The notes: a model not told the origin generated them from the letters alone. Positions 1 to 12,108 are shown, numbered from the whole stretch's first letter. The stretch is 59,353 nt of DNA, filler included, from Piptocephalis cylindrospora (GCA_003614145.1; 7 parts of 7 records of this genome joined end to end with filler, not necessarily neighbours in it), one strand, 5' to 3'. Translations and numbers: made by a program.

Positions 1-223
1 GCAACCCGGGATTACAGTCCTGGCTCATCATTATCCCCTTCCCCCCCCCCCCGATCATTCCCCCCTCCCTTTCCCCCCCCCCCCCCCCCCCCCCGTCCCC
101 TTTTTTTCCCTTCCCCCCCCAGCCCCATTTCCTCCCCCCCCCACCCGAAAAATATTTTTTCCCCTTTTAACCCCCCTCCCCTTTTTTCCCCAATTTCCCC
201 CCTCCCCCCCCCCCCCCCCTTTT

Positions 224-428
224 CCTCGTGAGCCCTCCCCTGATTAAGATACCCCTCGATAAGAATTGATTTCCAGTTAAGAACACGTTCCTAAGGTCCA
301 TTTTACCGATCCAAGGTTCCTCAAAATAAAGTCAAGTCCTGATTAAGATTCCCAAGACCAAATTCCAAGCCCTTCAAATTCCATCGTAAGATTTGGATCT
401 CCATCCTAACACAACAATACCCATTACA
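224..428 (+). mobile_element. Dispersed ~200-bp repeat, copy 1; probable LTR 3' portion (solo-LTR-like)
   Basis: Aligns by eye to 25660-25864 (CCCTCCCCTGATTAAGATACCC..GATAAGAATTGAT..CCAGTTAAGAACACGT..CCGATCCAAG..CCAAGACCAAATT..CAAGCCCTTC..AATTCCATCGT..ACACAACA). Ends in CCATTACA, an LTR-type CA end. The repeat is seen directly; LTR identity is inference. Confidence 0.6.
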
Positions 429-625
429 GTCTGCTCCACGAGGAAAAATGTAATGATGCTACAATCCTATTCACACCCCCATGGAATGATGAGCTGCAGG
501 GTGGATTGCTTTTAGATCATAGGTTAACGGCCATAATTTATTTACACAGTTAATACTATTATTGATAGATCATGATCACCGAAATAGTCATTCCGAATGG
601 CGAGATACTAGAAGGGCCGAAAGGA

Positions 626-938
626 GGGGCCGGCTCTGGTCGCTAATGGTAGGGGAGATACCAAAGGTGCCGAGGCAGATCAAACAAGAAAGGCAATGCC
701 TTCGAGCAGGAAGCGTCAGGCTCCGGGCAGCGTTATCAGAGATGGGGGCCGGCTCTGGTCGCTAATGGGAGACAGGTCAAGCAAGAAAGGCAGTGCCTTC
801 GAGCAGGAAGCGTCAGGCTCCGGGCAGCGTTATCAGAGATGGGGGCCGGCTCTGGTCGCTAATGGGAGACAGGTCAAGCAAGAAAGGCAGTGCCTTCGAG
901 CAGGAAGCGTCAGGCTCCGGGCAGCGTTATCAGAGATG
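626..938 (+). repeat. 97-bp tandem repeat (minisatellite), ~3 copies; first copy has ~22 extra nt
   Basis: The unit junction TATCAGAGATG recurs with GAT at 741, 838 and 935 (period 97). Unit: GGGGCCGGCTCTGGTCGCTAATGG...CAAGAAAGGCAGTGCCTTCGAGCAGGAAGCGTCAGGCTCCGGGCAGCGTTATCAGAGATG. Confidence 0.95.
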
Positions 939-986
939 AGGTTTTTGAAAAAAGATGGCCCCAAATGGAAAGTATCCACAAAGAGT

Positions 987-2898
987 CTACATTGGTGGTG
1001 CATATGTAGATCGATGTAACCGGGGTGGCCGTGGAGACGAGGTGGTGGGACTCGGATGTAGTTTTGTGGCAGTGGGCTCGGATGTCGTAGGGATGGAACA
1101 GGGTGAAGATAATTGATATGAATCACCGGTAATCGGTGGTATATTGGGCGAAGCCATCCTGGGCTCGCCCAATGGGTCATCTATCAAGACTGATAGATTA
1201 CTTGCAGTATCAGCACAGAAGTATTAAAGACAACCTGATACTCAGTTAACTTACCTTGAACTTCAACACCCTTCTGATCCTTTAGGGATTGCGTGAAGGC
1301 CGTAGTGGAATACTGGAATCCCTCTCTACCCTCAGGGATAGGATCCTTTGCGGCGGTACTCCGTCGCTTCTTGGCTACTCCCCTGCTAATGCCTTCTGGA
1401 GACCTCTTCCTCTTACTACTACTCTTACTCTCAGTAGCAGGATCCTTTGTGGCAATGCCCCGTCGTTTCTTGATCATCCCCTTACCGGTACCTCCTGAAG
1501 ATATTTTCCTCTTACCCTTACCCCCCTTCAGATGATTGACTTTCTCACTCATGTTGGCCGAAATAGAGTTAGACTTAGTGGTGGAGAGGCACCCCCTCTC
1601 CCAAAGTTGGTACCGAGGAGACTTCACCTCCAACCGAGCAGATCTCCTGGTGGGAAGGGAATTGGAAATCCTTGGTTTCTTCGCTTTCCTAGGAATATCG
1701 ACCGTATCATCTGCCGTCCCTCTCCCAGGATTAGAAGAGGTTTCTTGACGTGAGCCTGTCGTATCCCCGTCGTTCATCACTCCTTGCTCTCTTTGTGGTT
1801 TAGTCACACCCACTTCATTCGTCGCACTCGCTTCCTCCTCTCGCGAACGCTTCCCCAGGGTAATCTGGGCTGAGCGGCGATCAAGCTCGGAGGGTTCCAC
1901 ATTTGCCACGCCTTCCCTTCTTCCAGTGCCAGTATTACCTCCTTCTCGACCTTCCTCCCTCTCCCTGTCATCCACTCGCTCCTCGTCCTCCCTCCCGCCA
2001 TCAGCATCTCCCCCTTGACCTTCCTCCCTCCTCCTTCCATCTTCCGCTCGCTCCCCGTCATCCCTCCTTCCACCATCTTCCACTCGCTCCTCGTCCTCCC
2101 TCCCGCCATCAGCATCTCCCCCTTGACCTTCCTCCCTCCTCCTTCCATCTTCCGCTCGCTCCCCGTCATCCCTCCTTCCACCATCTTCCACTCGCTCCTC
2201 GTCCTCCCTCCCTCCATCAGCATCTCCCCCTTGACCTTCCTCCCTCCTCCTACTATTATTCACTCTTCCCTCCCCCCTCTCCGTGATGGCGCCTCTTTCT
2301 TCTCCCTGAAATTCAGGAGCAGAGGCGATCGCGGAATGTGCGGGCATGATTGTAGAGCCGCTTTGCCAAACATGTGGGCCAGAGGAGAGACCCAAGCAGG
2401 TCAGACACCATCGGGTGGCCGTAGGATCAATGACTTCGATAAAAGGACCATAATGTTCATTATACCAATCTTGATTCTATGAGGAAGAAAGAGGGGGCGC
2501 GGGGTAAGCGGCTAAAATAGTGACGAATCTAATGAAGATATCCTTATTCCCCTGTCCAGTCATTAATATGATCGTTCGAAAGAGCTTACCTCTATGATTG
2601 CCTTCATCCTAACGTTGACTTGAATAAATACATAGAGTGTCTCTCCTAACGATATCTCATCCCCATTTCTAATTGCGGTAAGCGATTGTTTCAGTTCTCG
2701 CCTTCCGTTCAATCTGATACCATGCGCTGTTTTATCGGTCAACCAGGCTTGAGGTAGTCTGGGCATGTCATGCCTATGGCCTGTGCGGTGATGATCACTG
2801 GCTTGGTCAGTGAAGCGAATGACTATATCGCAATCCACATCTGGGCTGAAGGTATTATTAGGGCCCATGGCAAAATTGAATCCGAATCTAAAGAGCAT
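987..2898 (-). CDS. Multi-exon hypothetical protein: degenerate FHA-like domain, CxxC-x7-H motif, charged 36-aa repeats, basic tail; 5' end unresolved
   Basis: Phase-consistent model: exon ending 2590 (GTAAGC donor), exon 2476..1255 (TAG acceptor, GTAAGT donor), exon 1180..987. The FHA-like sequence is MGP..CDIVI..ASDHH..WLTDKTAHGIRLNG..IRNGDEISLGETLYVF. A further intron at 2954..2888 suggests more upstream exons. Confidence 0.55.
1968..2250 (-). repeat. Coding tandem repeat, 108 bp (36 aa), ~2.6 copies
   Basis: RRREEGQGGDADGGREDEERVEDGGRRDDGERAEDG is repeated; TCAGCATCTCCCCCTTGACC occurs at 2001, 2109 and 2217. Confidence 0.93.
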
Positions 2899-4051
2899 AG
2901 TCAACAAAGAATGAAAGGATGTCAGTAAAAACCAATGTTCTTTAAAGATTTTACCCAAAATTCCCGGCTAACCTCTGGGTGCCATATGGGATCCCAAATA
3001 GGGGTGGGAGGGCAGGGGAAGGGAAGCGATCATGCTTACTTCTCCTTGTGGAACGAATCAGCATTGCAGTGTAGAGCGTTCTGGTCATGCTCGGACACGA
3101 TAGGATGGGAAGGTGGGAAGGTGGGAAGGTGAGAAGGCGGGAAGATGGAATATGGGAGTTGGGAAGATGGAAAGATGGGAGTTATGAATGTGGGGAAGGG
3201 GAAGTAAAGGAAGGATGGGCAGATGGAAAGCGGATCCCTGAGAATACGCTCTATTTATGCTGCTGTCCACGTCACTTGCGTTGGATTCAGCGGACATCAA
3301 TGTGGTGATGTGGGCTGGCTTGGCCTGAGCCGTGCTGAATTTTGCTGAGCTGAACTGTGCTATGCTCACGCCCATGTCGGAGTAAACACAGACACGAAAC
3401 CCGAAGATGAAGATGAAGAAAGCGGGACGCGTTGAGCGCATCCTTTTGATAAACACGTCTGGCATGATAATGGTAGGCGATGATGTCTAGTTCCATGTGT
3501 TTTCACTGAGGATTTACCATATATAGTTTACTCCTTGGTGAAGGCAGCCAGATCCAAACGCATACTCGCTCTCAGGTGCGCCATCTTGGACAATCCTTTG
3601 AGGAGGGAGAGAGCGGAAATCCGTGTATCTTTCATAGTGGTGAAAATGAAATGACGTGGTTCTACCGCGCCATTCCACTACACAGTAGTATGCCGTGGAT
3701 CGGAGTGTAGTATGGGCATCTATTTAAGAGGTTCGTGCGGGCGAGAAGACTCCGCCCGAGCTAGCTCCCCACGCTCTTTCCCTTTTTTCCCCTTCCCCTT
3801 CCCCTTCCCCTCGCACCGCAACTTTGGCCTCATCTCATTGTTACGCGTTGGTAGCTGCAACCTAGGCCAGACCCTAACCAATAATCTATCGTTAGCATCA
3901 TCATTTTCAGCTCCCTTTCCCCATTCACGCTACCCTCCATTGTGTGATCTACGTTTTATAGTCATCACTATTCACCCATCAATCCCACTCGGCCCCAACC
4001 AATCAATCAGCCGTCTATCTACGCCTCTTCATATATTATTACATATATAAG

Positions 4052-5960
4052 ATGGTTCATCATTTCTATCCTGAGCTACACAGCAAGGCACAAGAGACTA
4101 GAGCTCCTGATGATGACCAAAAAGACATATCACCCACTAACAACACTTTGGCTACTCCGTCCGCTTTTGATGAGAAAGAAAAAACTGCGGTGAGCATGGA
4201 AACGCATTCCAATTGCCACCCCGCCGTGTGTGACTTTCCAAGTTCCTTCCTCCTCGGTCCTACTCAGCCTTCTACGAGCGAGGCTCCCTCAGGTACAAGC
4301 TTTGACTCTATTATCATTACTTCCACAGATGGCACAACTGCCCTCACAGATAGGACACCTTCAACCGCAAGCACCCTGTCCACCTCAAGTCATTTCTCTT
4401 TGGGTGCACTCCCCCCTTCCTCCTCCAAGTATCAGGGAGAAAAGAGGAAGGTGTGCTCGCAGCCCATTCAGCCTCAGTCCCCTTGTTCATCTGCCTCTAC
4501 CTCTGCCTCCGCTCCCTCTTTGACATCGGCCCCCCTCTCTCTCTCTCCAGCGCCCTCTCCATCCCTCCTTGTACCTTCTCCCTCTTCCTCTTTACGGCGC
4601 CATGTGTGCTCTCAGGTCAATCATCAAGGATCCCCGGAGTACAAGCGCTTTCGGGCCCACACTCATCCTTCTGTCAGATCTTCTTCCTCCTCTCTGGGTC
4701 CCAGGGTAACTAGGGAGGAGGATATATTACAAGGTTTCACCCGACGGAACGAATTGGAGGCTTTTTCCTCGAGCCGCCCCATGCCAGGCCCGCTCTCTAC
4801 CGAGCCTCCCCAAAGAGAGCAGGGAAGTGAGCCGAGCACAGAGTCTACTGAGAGCAACGATCAGGCCCTTTCTCCCCCAGTCCACTCCCCCACTCTCATC
4901 CAGGTGAGCTCCTGTCTTTATCTAACTCTCCCCCCCTGCCCACGTATTGACTGATCCTCTTTCCACCCATCCTCCTAGGTTAATGCGAATACTTTTACTG
5001 TGCTGCGCAGTATTGGTCAAGGAGGGAGTAGCTTCGTACACCGTGTCATGGCAAACGACAATCGGCTCTTCGCCCTGAAGTGCGTCAAACTCGAGGAAGT
5101 CTCAAGAGACGAACAGGAGATGTTTATGAACGAGATCGACTTTCTCCGGGGGTTGAGGAACAAGGATCGCGTCATCCAGCTGTATGATTACGAATTCACC
5201 CTGGAGAGCAACTACATCCTCATGCTCATGGAGATCGGGGAGATTGATCTTGCGACAATTATGAAGCAGTGGAAAGGTCGGGAGAAGGATATGATCTTCG
5301 TCCGCTCGTACTGGAAGCAAATGCTTTTGGCCGTACAAAGCATCCATAAGGAGGGAATCGTACATTCCGACCTAAAGCCTGCCAACTTCCTCCTCGTTCT
5401 GGGCAACTTAAAGTTGATCGATTTTGGGATCTCCAAACGTATCCCTAGTGGTTCCAACGACAGCTGTAGTCACCGGAAGATCGGAACAGCGGACTACATG
5501 AGCCCCGAATCTCTACGGGACACCAGAGAGGACCAAAGTATAGGGAGAGCAGTGATAAGGATGGGGCTAGCCAGTGACATCTGGTCCCTCGGATGTATCC
5601 TTTATCAGATGCTCTATGACCATACTCCCTTTGTAGAAGAGGATTTAAGGAAAAAGTTACGTTTAATTATCAGCGAATCCTCTTTCATCGGTTACCCCGA
5701 GTGGCTGGAGTACAATTTAAACGAGGAGGCCGGAGAGACGCATGGAGGTGAAGAGGAGTATGTGGGGGGGGGTAGATTCATCGGGACCTGCAAGAGCAAG
5801 GGAAAGATTGAAGGTCCAGGTCAAGGTGGATGTGAATGGTATTGATACGATTCAAGCTTGCCTTCAACATGATCATAAGCGGCGCCCTACCATCTCTCAG
5901 CTCCTCCAGGGTCCGCTTCTGCATCCTGGAGAGCGCCATATGAATATCTCGTCTATCTGA
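4052..5960 (+). CDS. MPS1: Mps1/TTK-family protein kinase (exons 4052-4903, 4979-5960; frameshift at G9 run 5764-5772)
   Basis: The intron 4904-4978 (GTGAGC..CTAG, phase 0) gives IQVNANTFTVLRSIGQGGSS. Motifs FALK, MEIGEIDL, YWKQMLLAVQSIH, HSDLKPANFL, DFGI, GTADYMSPE and SDIWSLGCILYQM are Mps1-type. Subdomain XI (IQACLQHDHKRRPTISQLL) lies in the +1 frame (ORF 5742-5960). Confidence 0.85.
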
Positions 5961-6718
5961 TGGATCCTTCAAAATGCCCATTCCCTTGGTCAAGCCAGAA
6001 TGAGGCCAGAAAATCACCCTAGCCGTACAATTGGGCCATTCCGAGGAATTGGATCAAATCTCTGAGGTATACATACCTATTGACTATTTTGAGTGATTGG
6101 GTGGGGCTATCCAACAACTTACGTTTCCTTCCTGCACAGGCATTATTGGAAAGATGGAATAATAGATTCCAAGATTGGGATAGACGGTGAGGAAAGCACA
6201 TACTTGTAGCTACAGTACCTTGCATGACATATGACCAAAGTGGTACCTACGAGTGAAAGGCTGAACCTTACCTTTCTCTGGTTCTTTTACATAAATCTAC
6301 CGATAAACCCATTGCTTTGATTGTATTGCCTAGGACGTAAATGTTATCTCTCTTCCTTACTTCGACGGTGCAGTGCGGCGGCCCTAATTGCCCATGGCCA
6401 TAAGGATCGTGGGTGGGGAGTATGGGGGAATTATATAAACAGCTGAGGGAATAAGGAAAGTGCGTGCACGGACCTTATCCCTTAGGAGCCCCTGAACGTA
6501 GATCCGTCCAATAAAAGCTGAGCTTTTCTCTCTCTCTCTCCTTGCTTCGACGGTGCCTGCTTGGTCGTGCATCCGTATCAAGAACACAGTTCTACCCAAG
6601 ATTGAACTATGCTTTCGTCCATCCTAAAGCTTGGCTCTTACCCCTATGATATCCTCTTTGCCCAGAGAGGCGACAGGAACCACCACGACTTTTATCCCTT
6701 TGGAAACGAAGGAAGGTA

Positions 6719-8456
6719 GTGGTGGAGGATCAACGGGACCATCAGGTCTGCTCATTCTTTGGTCCAAGGCGGCATCCAAGAATCTATCTGCCCAACACAA
6801 CACAAAACACCCTCTTAGTAATATTACCCGACGTACAAAGGACCTCGTTTCGACCTCTTCATAGCAAATACGGCGACAAAGTGATAAGCGTCAGATGTCT
6901 TCCGGTGAGCCAGCGAGTACAGCTCGAGCTTCGCAGGGACATCGACCTATACCGAATCATCGTAGAAGGTTTCAATTTCAGGGCCTGCTCAGTCAATATT
7001 CACAAAACATTCCTCATTACGGACGAAGTGCTGGCCATCACCGTGACGGATCTCTCCATTCCTGGGGAGGAAGAGCTAGAGGAGGGGTTGCGAAAGCATT
7101 TCTCGACTATAGCCCCCGTCATGGAAGTACAAACTGGTTGTACCCTTCCGCAACTGTCTACTTGGACATCTCCTCCTGCAAGGAGGTAGTTGAGACGATC
7201 GACCGAAGGCCGGTTCTATTTGGGAACCGTATGACTCTTTTCTGGCGGAAAGCACCAGCTCTGTGTCACTGTCGGTCCCCTGGACATGGCGTTGAGTCAT
7301 GCTCAAAGCTCAAGAGGCAGGAGGTCACTACCAGAATGGAGCCCAAAGTCAACCCAAGTTCAACTACCCGAAAACGTCGTCGGGACAGAAGTCCCTCCAA
7401 GAGCCTAGTCATTGCAGAACACTCCCCTAGCAACACCAACACCACTCCTACCCCTACACCCAATCCTAAATCCCACTCCCAATATGGATGATTCCAAAAA
7501 CGATGTTACACAGGAACACCAGGTCCACGAGGCTTCTAAAGAGAAGTCTATAGTGGCTCCGACCCCCAGACCCGCCCTCTCCACTCGGAGCCCAGCGGCC
7601 AAGGACCAGATGGATTCGCCTTCCCCCCCTCTTCCTCCCGTCTTGGAGCCTGCAAAGGCAGGATCGAAGAAAGGGAACGGGAGCAAGAAGAAGAATCTCT
7701 TTGCTTCCTTGTGGGAAGGCGCCTCGAACGAGCCAACTCGCTCCCCTACCCCACCCAAGCTTCCTCATCCGATGCAGACGGCTCCAACGTTCCTCAAGGA
7801 CATTATGTCAGAAGTTTTAGAAGATCTACCTGCAGAGGAGAAGGAAGATGTATTACAATTTCCGGACAAATAACAATTTCTCGTGAAGATTACTTGGAAC
7901 AACAAAAGTGGAGAAAATTTGTCTCAAAATTTTTGCCCAGTAATAAATCGTATTTTTTCGGGATCAAGTATACCATATGGAAGAACATGGAGAAGAGGAG
8001 GTTTACAGGTAATCGGGGATCTACTGTATCCTATTGGAAATCCAGGTCATTTGGATTTATCATCGACGACATTTCGAAAGTGGATTGGAGAAAGAATGGG
8101 AGCTGGAGTCTGGAGGACGGACCAAAGAGTTTTCCAGGCGTTGTTACTCCTGCCAAGAGAAATACCTCCTTCCTGCGTATGGGATATGGGAAAATATCTT
8201 TATTATCGAAACTGGCCAAAACCAAATGGACCGGTAGATGCCAAGGCATTGTATTATCAAAAGAGGGCTTCCATCTTGATATCAAAAATAGCACCATTGT
8301 TATCATCATCATCAAGGATTTGGTCAGAAATCTTCCATCCGGTTCTACCTCTAAAAATTCAATCTTTGCTATGGACCTTTCATCAAGGTGCCCCATGGAC
8401 GGCTCAGTCCCTTTCCTTCCGTGGCACATCTCCTATGTGTCCAAGATGTAGTGAAG
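6719..8456 (+). mobile_element. Degenerate non-LTR retrotransposon (LINE/L1-like): frameshifted ORF1 with Gag knuckle plus ORF2 C-terminal zf-RVT fragment; truncated by contig end
   Basis: ORF1 is spread over three frames (6719-7189, 6895-7491, 7412-7873) and carries FWRKAPALCHCRSPGHGVESC, an eroded CX2CX4HX4C. ORF 7883-8456 has WSEIFHPVLPLKIQSLLWTFHQGAPWT..MCPRCSE, typical of zf-RVT. Confidence 0.75.
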
Positions 8457-8556
8457 NNNNNNNNNNNNNNNNNNNNNNNNNNNNNNNNNNNNNNNNNNNN
8501 TTAATTAATTAANNNNNNNNNNNNNNNNNNNNNNNNNNNNNNNNNNNNNNNNNNNN
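8457..8556. other. Artificial contig linker (N44-TTAATTAATTAA-N44)
   Basis: 100-nt spacer with stops in all six frames; identical at six positions. Confidence 0.99.
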
Positions 8557-8892
8557 CCCAATTTTCTCTCTCGCCCCCAACCAAGCCTCCCCCCCTCCAC
8601 CCCCTTCTCTCTCTGTGTGGTCGCACCCCCCCCCCCCCCCCCCCCCCCTCTCTCTCTCTCTTTCTCGTTCTGTCCCACCTTTTAAGCCCTTGCTTTCTCT
8701 CTCACTCTTCTCCCCAGAAGCATAAGCCCTTTTGTGCTACGCGATAGCCCCACCTCACACTCTCCTTTCCCGTTCCTATCCCCTGTACCTCCAAACTCTC
8801 TTCCCTTACACCATCTCATTTTCCTTTTCTCTTTCTTCTTTTTTTTCCCACACTCAATCCCATCCTAAAAACATCTCCCCTCGTCCTCCACA

Positions 8893-11800
8893 ATGAGTGG
8901 CAACAACATCAAGGTCGTTTGTCGCTTCAGACCTCAAAATAAGCGCGAGATCGCTGAGGGCGGTAACCCCATTGTCGAGGTTGATGATGAGGGTCAGTCC
9001 GTCCGTATCGACGTAAGTCTCTTTCGTTTGCATCTCATTCCTCCCCTCTCCCCCTCCCTGCTCACTCCACTATCATCCAACATAGAATGGATCGGATATC
9101 AAACAAGATTTCGTCTTTGACCGTATCTTCCCCATGGGAACGCCTCAAGCCGAGATCTTCGAGTATGGTATTCGTGAGACCGTCGATGACGTCTTCAATG
9201 GTTACAACGGTACCGTCTTTGCCTACGGTCAGACCGGTGCCGGTAAGACCTTCTCCATGATGGGTGACATGGAGTCTCAGGAGCTTAAGGGAATCATTCC
9301 CCGGATCGTCGAGACTGCGTTCAAGAAGGCCCTTGCTTCCCCCGCCAATATGGAGTACACCATGCGTGTTGCCTACATGGAAATTTACATGGAAAAGATC
9401 CGCGATCTTCTTTCCCCCGCCAATAATAACCTTGCCGTCCACGAGGACAAGTCCCGTGGTGTCTATGTCAAGAACCTTACCGAGATCTATGTGAGCTCCA
9501 TCGAGGAGGTCTACAAGGTCCTCCAACGTGGTGGTGGAGCCCGTATGGTGGCCTACACCAGTATGTCTTTTCATGGGTGGTCCAAAGGGAAAAGGTGCTT
9601 TTCATTTCATTTTCCTGTTTAATTCCTCATCCCCCCCCTCCCTCCATGTAGATATGAACGCCGAATCCTCCAGATCTCACTCCATTTTCCAGATTTCCAT
9701 CAGTCAAAAGAACACGGATACTGGCGCTATCAAGAATGGTCGGCTCTATCTCGTCGATCTTGCCGGGTCCGAGAAGGTTGGAAAGACCGGCGCCTCCGGT
9801 CAAACCCTAGAAGAGGCCAAGAAGATCAACAAGTCCCTCTCCGCTCTTGGTATGGTTATCAATGCCCTGACCGATGGAAAGGTACTGTATAATCCGGATT
9901 GAATTGAACCTAAGGATTGTTCACTCATACCTCCTCCCTCTACAGTCCAAATATATCCCATACCGTGATTCCAAGCTCACTCGTATTCTCCAGGAATCCT
10001 TGGGCGGTAACTCCCGTACCACTCTCATCATCAATTGCTCCCCATCCTCCTTCAATGACCAAGAGACTCTGGGGACCCTTCGTTTCGGTATGCGCGCCAA
10101 GTCCATCACCAACAAGGCCAAGGTCAACGCCGACCTGTCCCCTGCAGAGCTCAAGGCTCTGCTCAAGCGTGCCAAGGCTCAGGCCGTCACCTTCAATGCC
10201 TATATTGGTGCCTTGGAGGGTGAAGTGTCCGTCTGGCGTACGGGTGGTACCGTCTCCCAGGATGATTGGGCTTCCATGGAGAAAATCAAGCCTGGATCCG
10301 GGGCTGCCCCCTCCACTGAATCTGCTCCTACCTCTACTCCTCCGACCAAGTCTGACTCCGGTCATCCCCTCAGCCCATCCTCCTCCTCCACTGATCCTGC
10401 GGCTACTGCAACCACCGACTCTGGTGTGGCCTCCCCCCCCTCCCCCGTCGCCGCCGACCTCTCCCGCTCCTCTACTCCTGCTCCCATAGCCTTGGCTGAT
10501 GATGAGCGGGAGGAGTTCCTGAAGCGAGAGAACGAGCTGACCGATCAGATTGCCGAGAAGGAATCTGAACTTGCTGCCATCCAACAGAACATGACCTCCA
10601 TCCAGGAGGAGCACACCATTCTCCTGGATGAATCCAAGATTCTTCGTGAGGAAAACAAGGGAATGTCCGGGGAACTCGACACCCTGCGCGTTGAGCTTGA
10701 TCGCGTCAAGTACGAGGCCAAGGAGTCCGTCATCTCTCTTGATTCCCTTAACGAGGCCAACTCCGATCTGTCCCGGGAGCTCGAGGAGCTTCGCTCCACC
10801 CTCGCCCAGCTTCGTGCCTCCGCCAGGGAGTCCGAGGAGGAAGACAAGGCTGCCGTCAAGGCCGAGAAGATGGCCGCCATGATGGCCTCCCTGGGCACCG
10901 GGGCCATCAATGCCAAGCAGACTGCCATCCGTGAGACCATCGAATCCCTCCAGAGCATGGAGGGAGATGGAGTCCTGTCTCAGACCGAGGTCATCACCCT
11001 CAGGTCCGAACTGGCTGAGATGCGCACCCTCCGGGAAGCCCAGGAAGCCTCCATGGAGCAGGTCAAGCGGGAGAATGAGACCCTGATCCGTCGTCGTGAC
11101 GAGATGGAGTCCCGACTCACCACTCTCGAGCTCGAATATGAAGAGCTCCTGGACAAGACCATTGCTGAGGAGGAGAATGGCCAGGATAAGGTGGTCGAGT
11201 CCATCCATGAGCTCCGCACCAAGGTTGAGGCCCAATACGCCGCCAAGAAGGAATTGCAGCAAAAGGAGCTTGAAGAGTACAAGGCTCTTGTGGAGGAGAA
11301 GGCCCAGGATATTCTCACTCACCAGGCCACCATTGCCGACCTCCGTCGTCGTAATGAGGAGCTTGAGGCTTCCATCTCCCGCATGGCCGCCGAGTCTGCT
11401 GCCGCTACTGCCGCCGCCTCAGAGGGTGAGGCCGCTTCCGGCGTTGATGGGTCTGCCGCTGGTACTAACAAGGATGTGACTGAGAAGGAGCGGGAGATCG
11501 AGAGGATCAAGCAGACCATGGCCCAGCAACTGGCTGACTTTGACATGATGAAGAAGGCCCTCATGAAGGATCTTCAGGATAGGTGCGAACGGGTCGTCGA
11601 CCTCGAGATGAACCTGGACAAGGCCAAGGAACAGTACAACTCGGCCATCCGCACCACCAATGCCAAGGTTCAGCAGAAGAAGATGTCCTTCCTCGAACGT
11701 AACATGGAGCAGCTTTCCGGGGCTCAAAAGACCCTGACCGAACAGAATGCCCACCTGAAGAAGGAGTACGCCATTGCCGAGCGTAAGCTCATTACCCGCA

Positions 11801-12108
11801 ATGAGCGCATCGTCTCCCTGGAGGCCCTTCTGGCCGATGCCCAGGGCAAGCTGAAGATCCAGAACGCCAAGTTTGAGCAGCAGCTTTCCTCGGTCCGCAA
11901 GCGCCTCGAGAATGCTCGCTCCACCAAGCAGGACAATGAGCCCTTCTTTGCCTTTGGCCGGATAGCCAAGCCCATCAGGGGCGGCGGGGCCATTTCCGTG
12001 TCCCCCGGTTCCACCGGCGAGGATGATGGAACCGAGGCCGTTGTCTCGGCTCCCACGGCCAGTTCGGGAAAAGGGAGTCGGGCGTCGTGGCTTGGGTGGA
12101 GGAACTAG
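8893..12108 (+). CDS. KHC: Kinesin-1 (conventional kinesin heavy chain), 4 exons, ~995 aa
   Basis: Exons 8893-9012, 9086-9560, 9652-9881 and 9946-12108, all GT-AG and in phase. Motifs: [10 protein letters not shown]-loop [34 protein letters not shown], a long coiled coil and the tail autoinhibitory RIAKPIRGG. Confidence 0.97.

Noticed and set aside
626..938. CRISPR-like array or short coding ORFs in the 97-bp repeats
   Set aside because: Units are contiguous and near-identical with no unique spacers, the context is eukaryotic, and the period is not a multiple of 3.
9940..11754. Long antisense ORFs (e.g. 460 aa) opposite kinesin
   Set aside because: Shadow frames caused by strong C/G third-position codon bias; no motifs.
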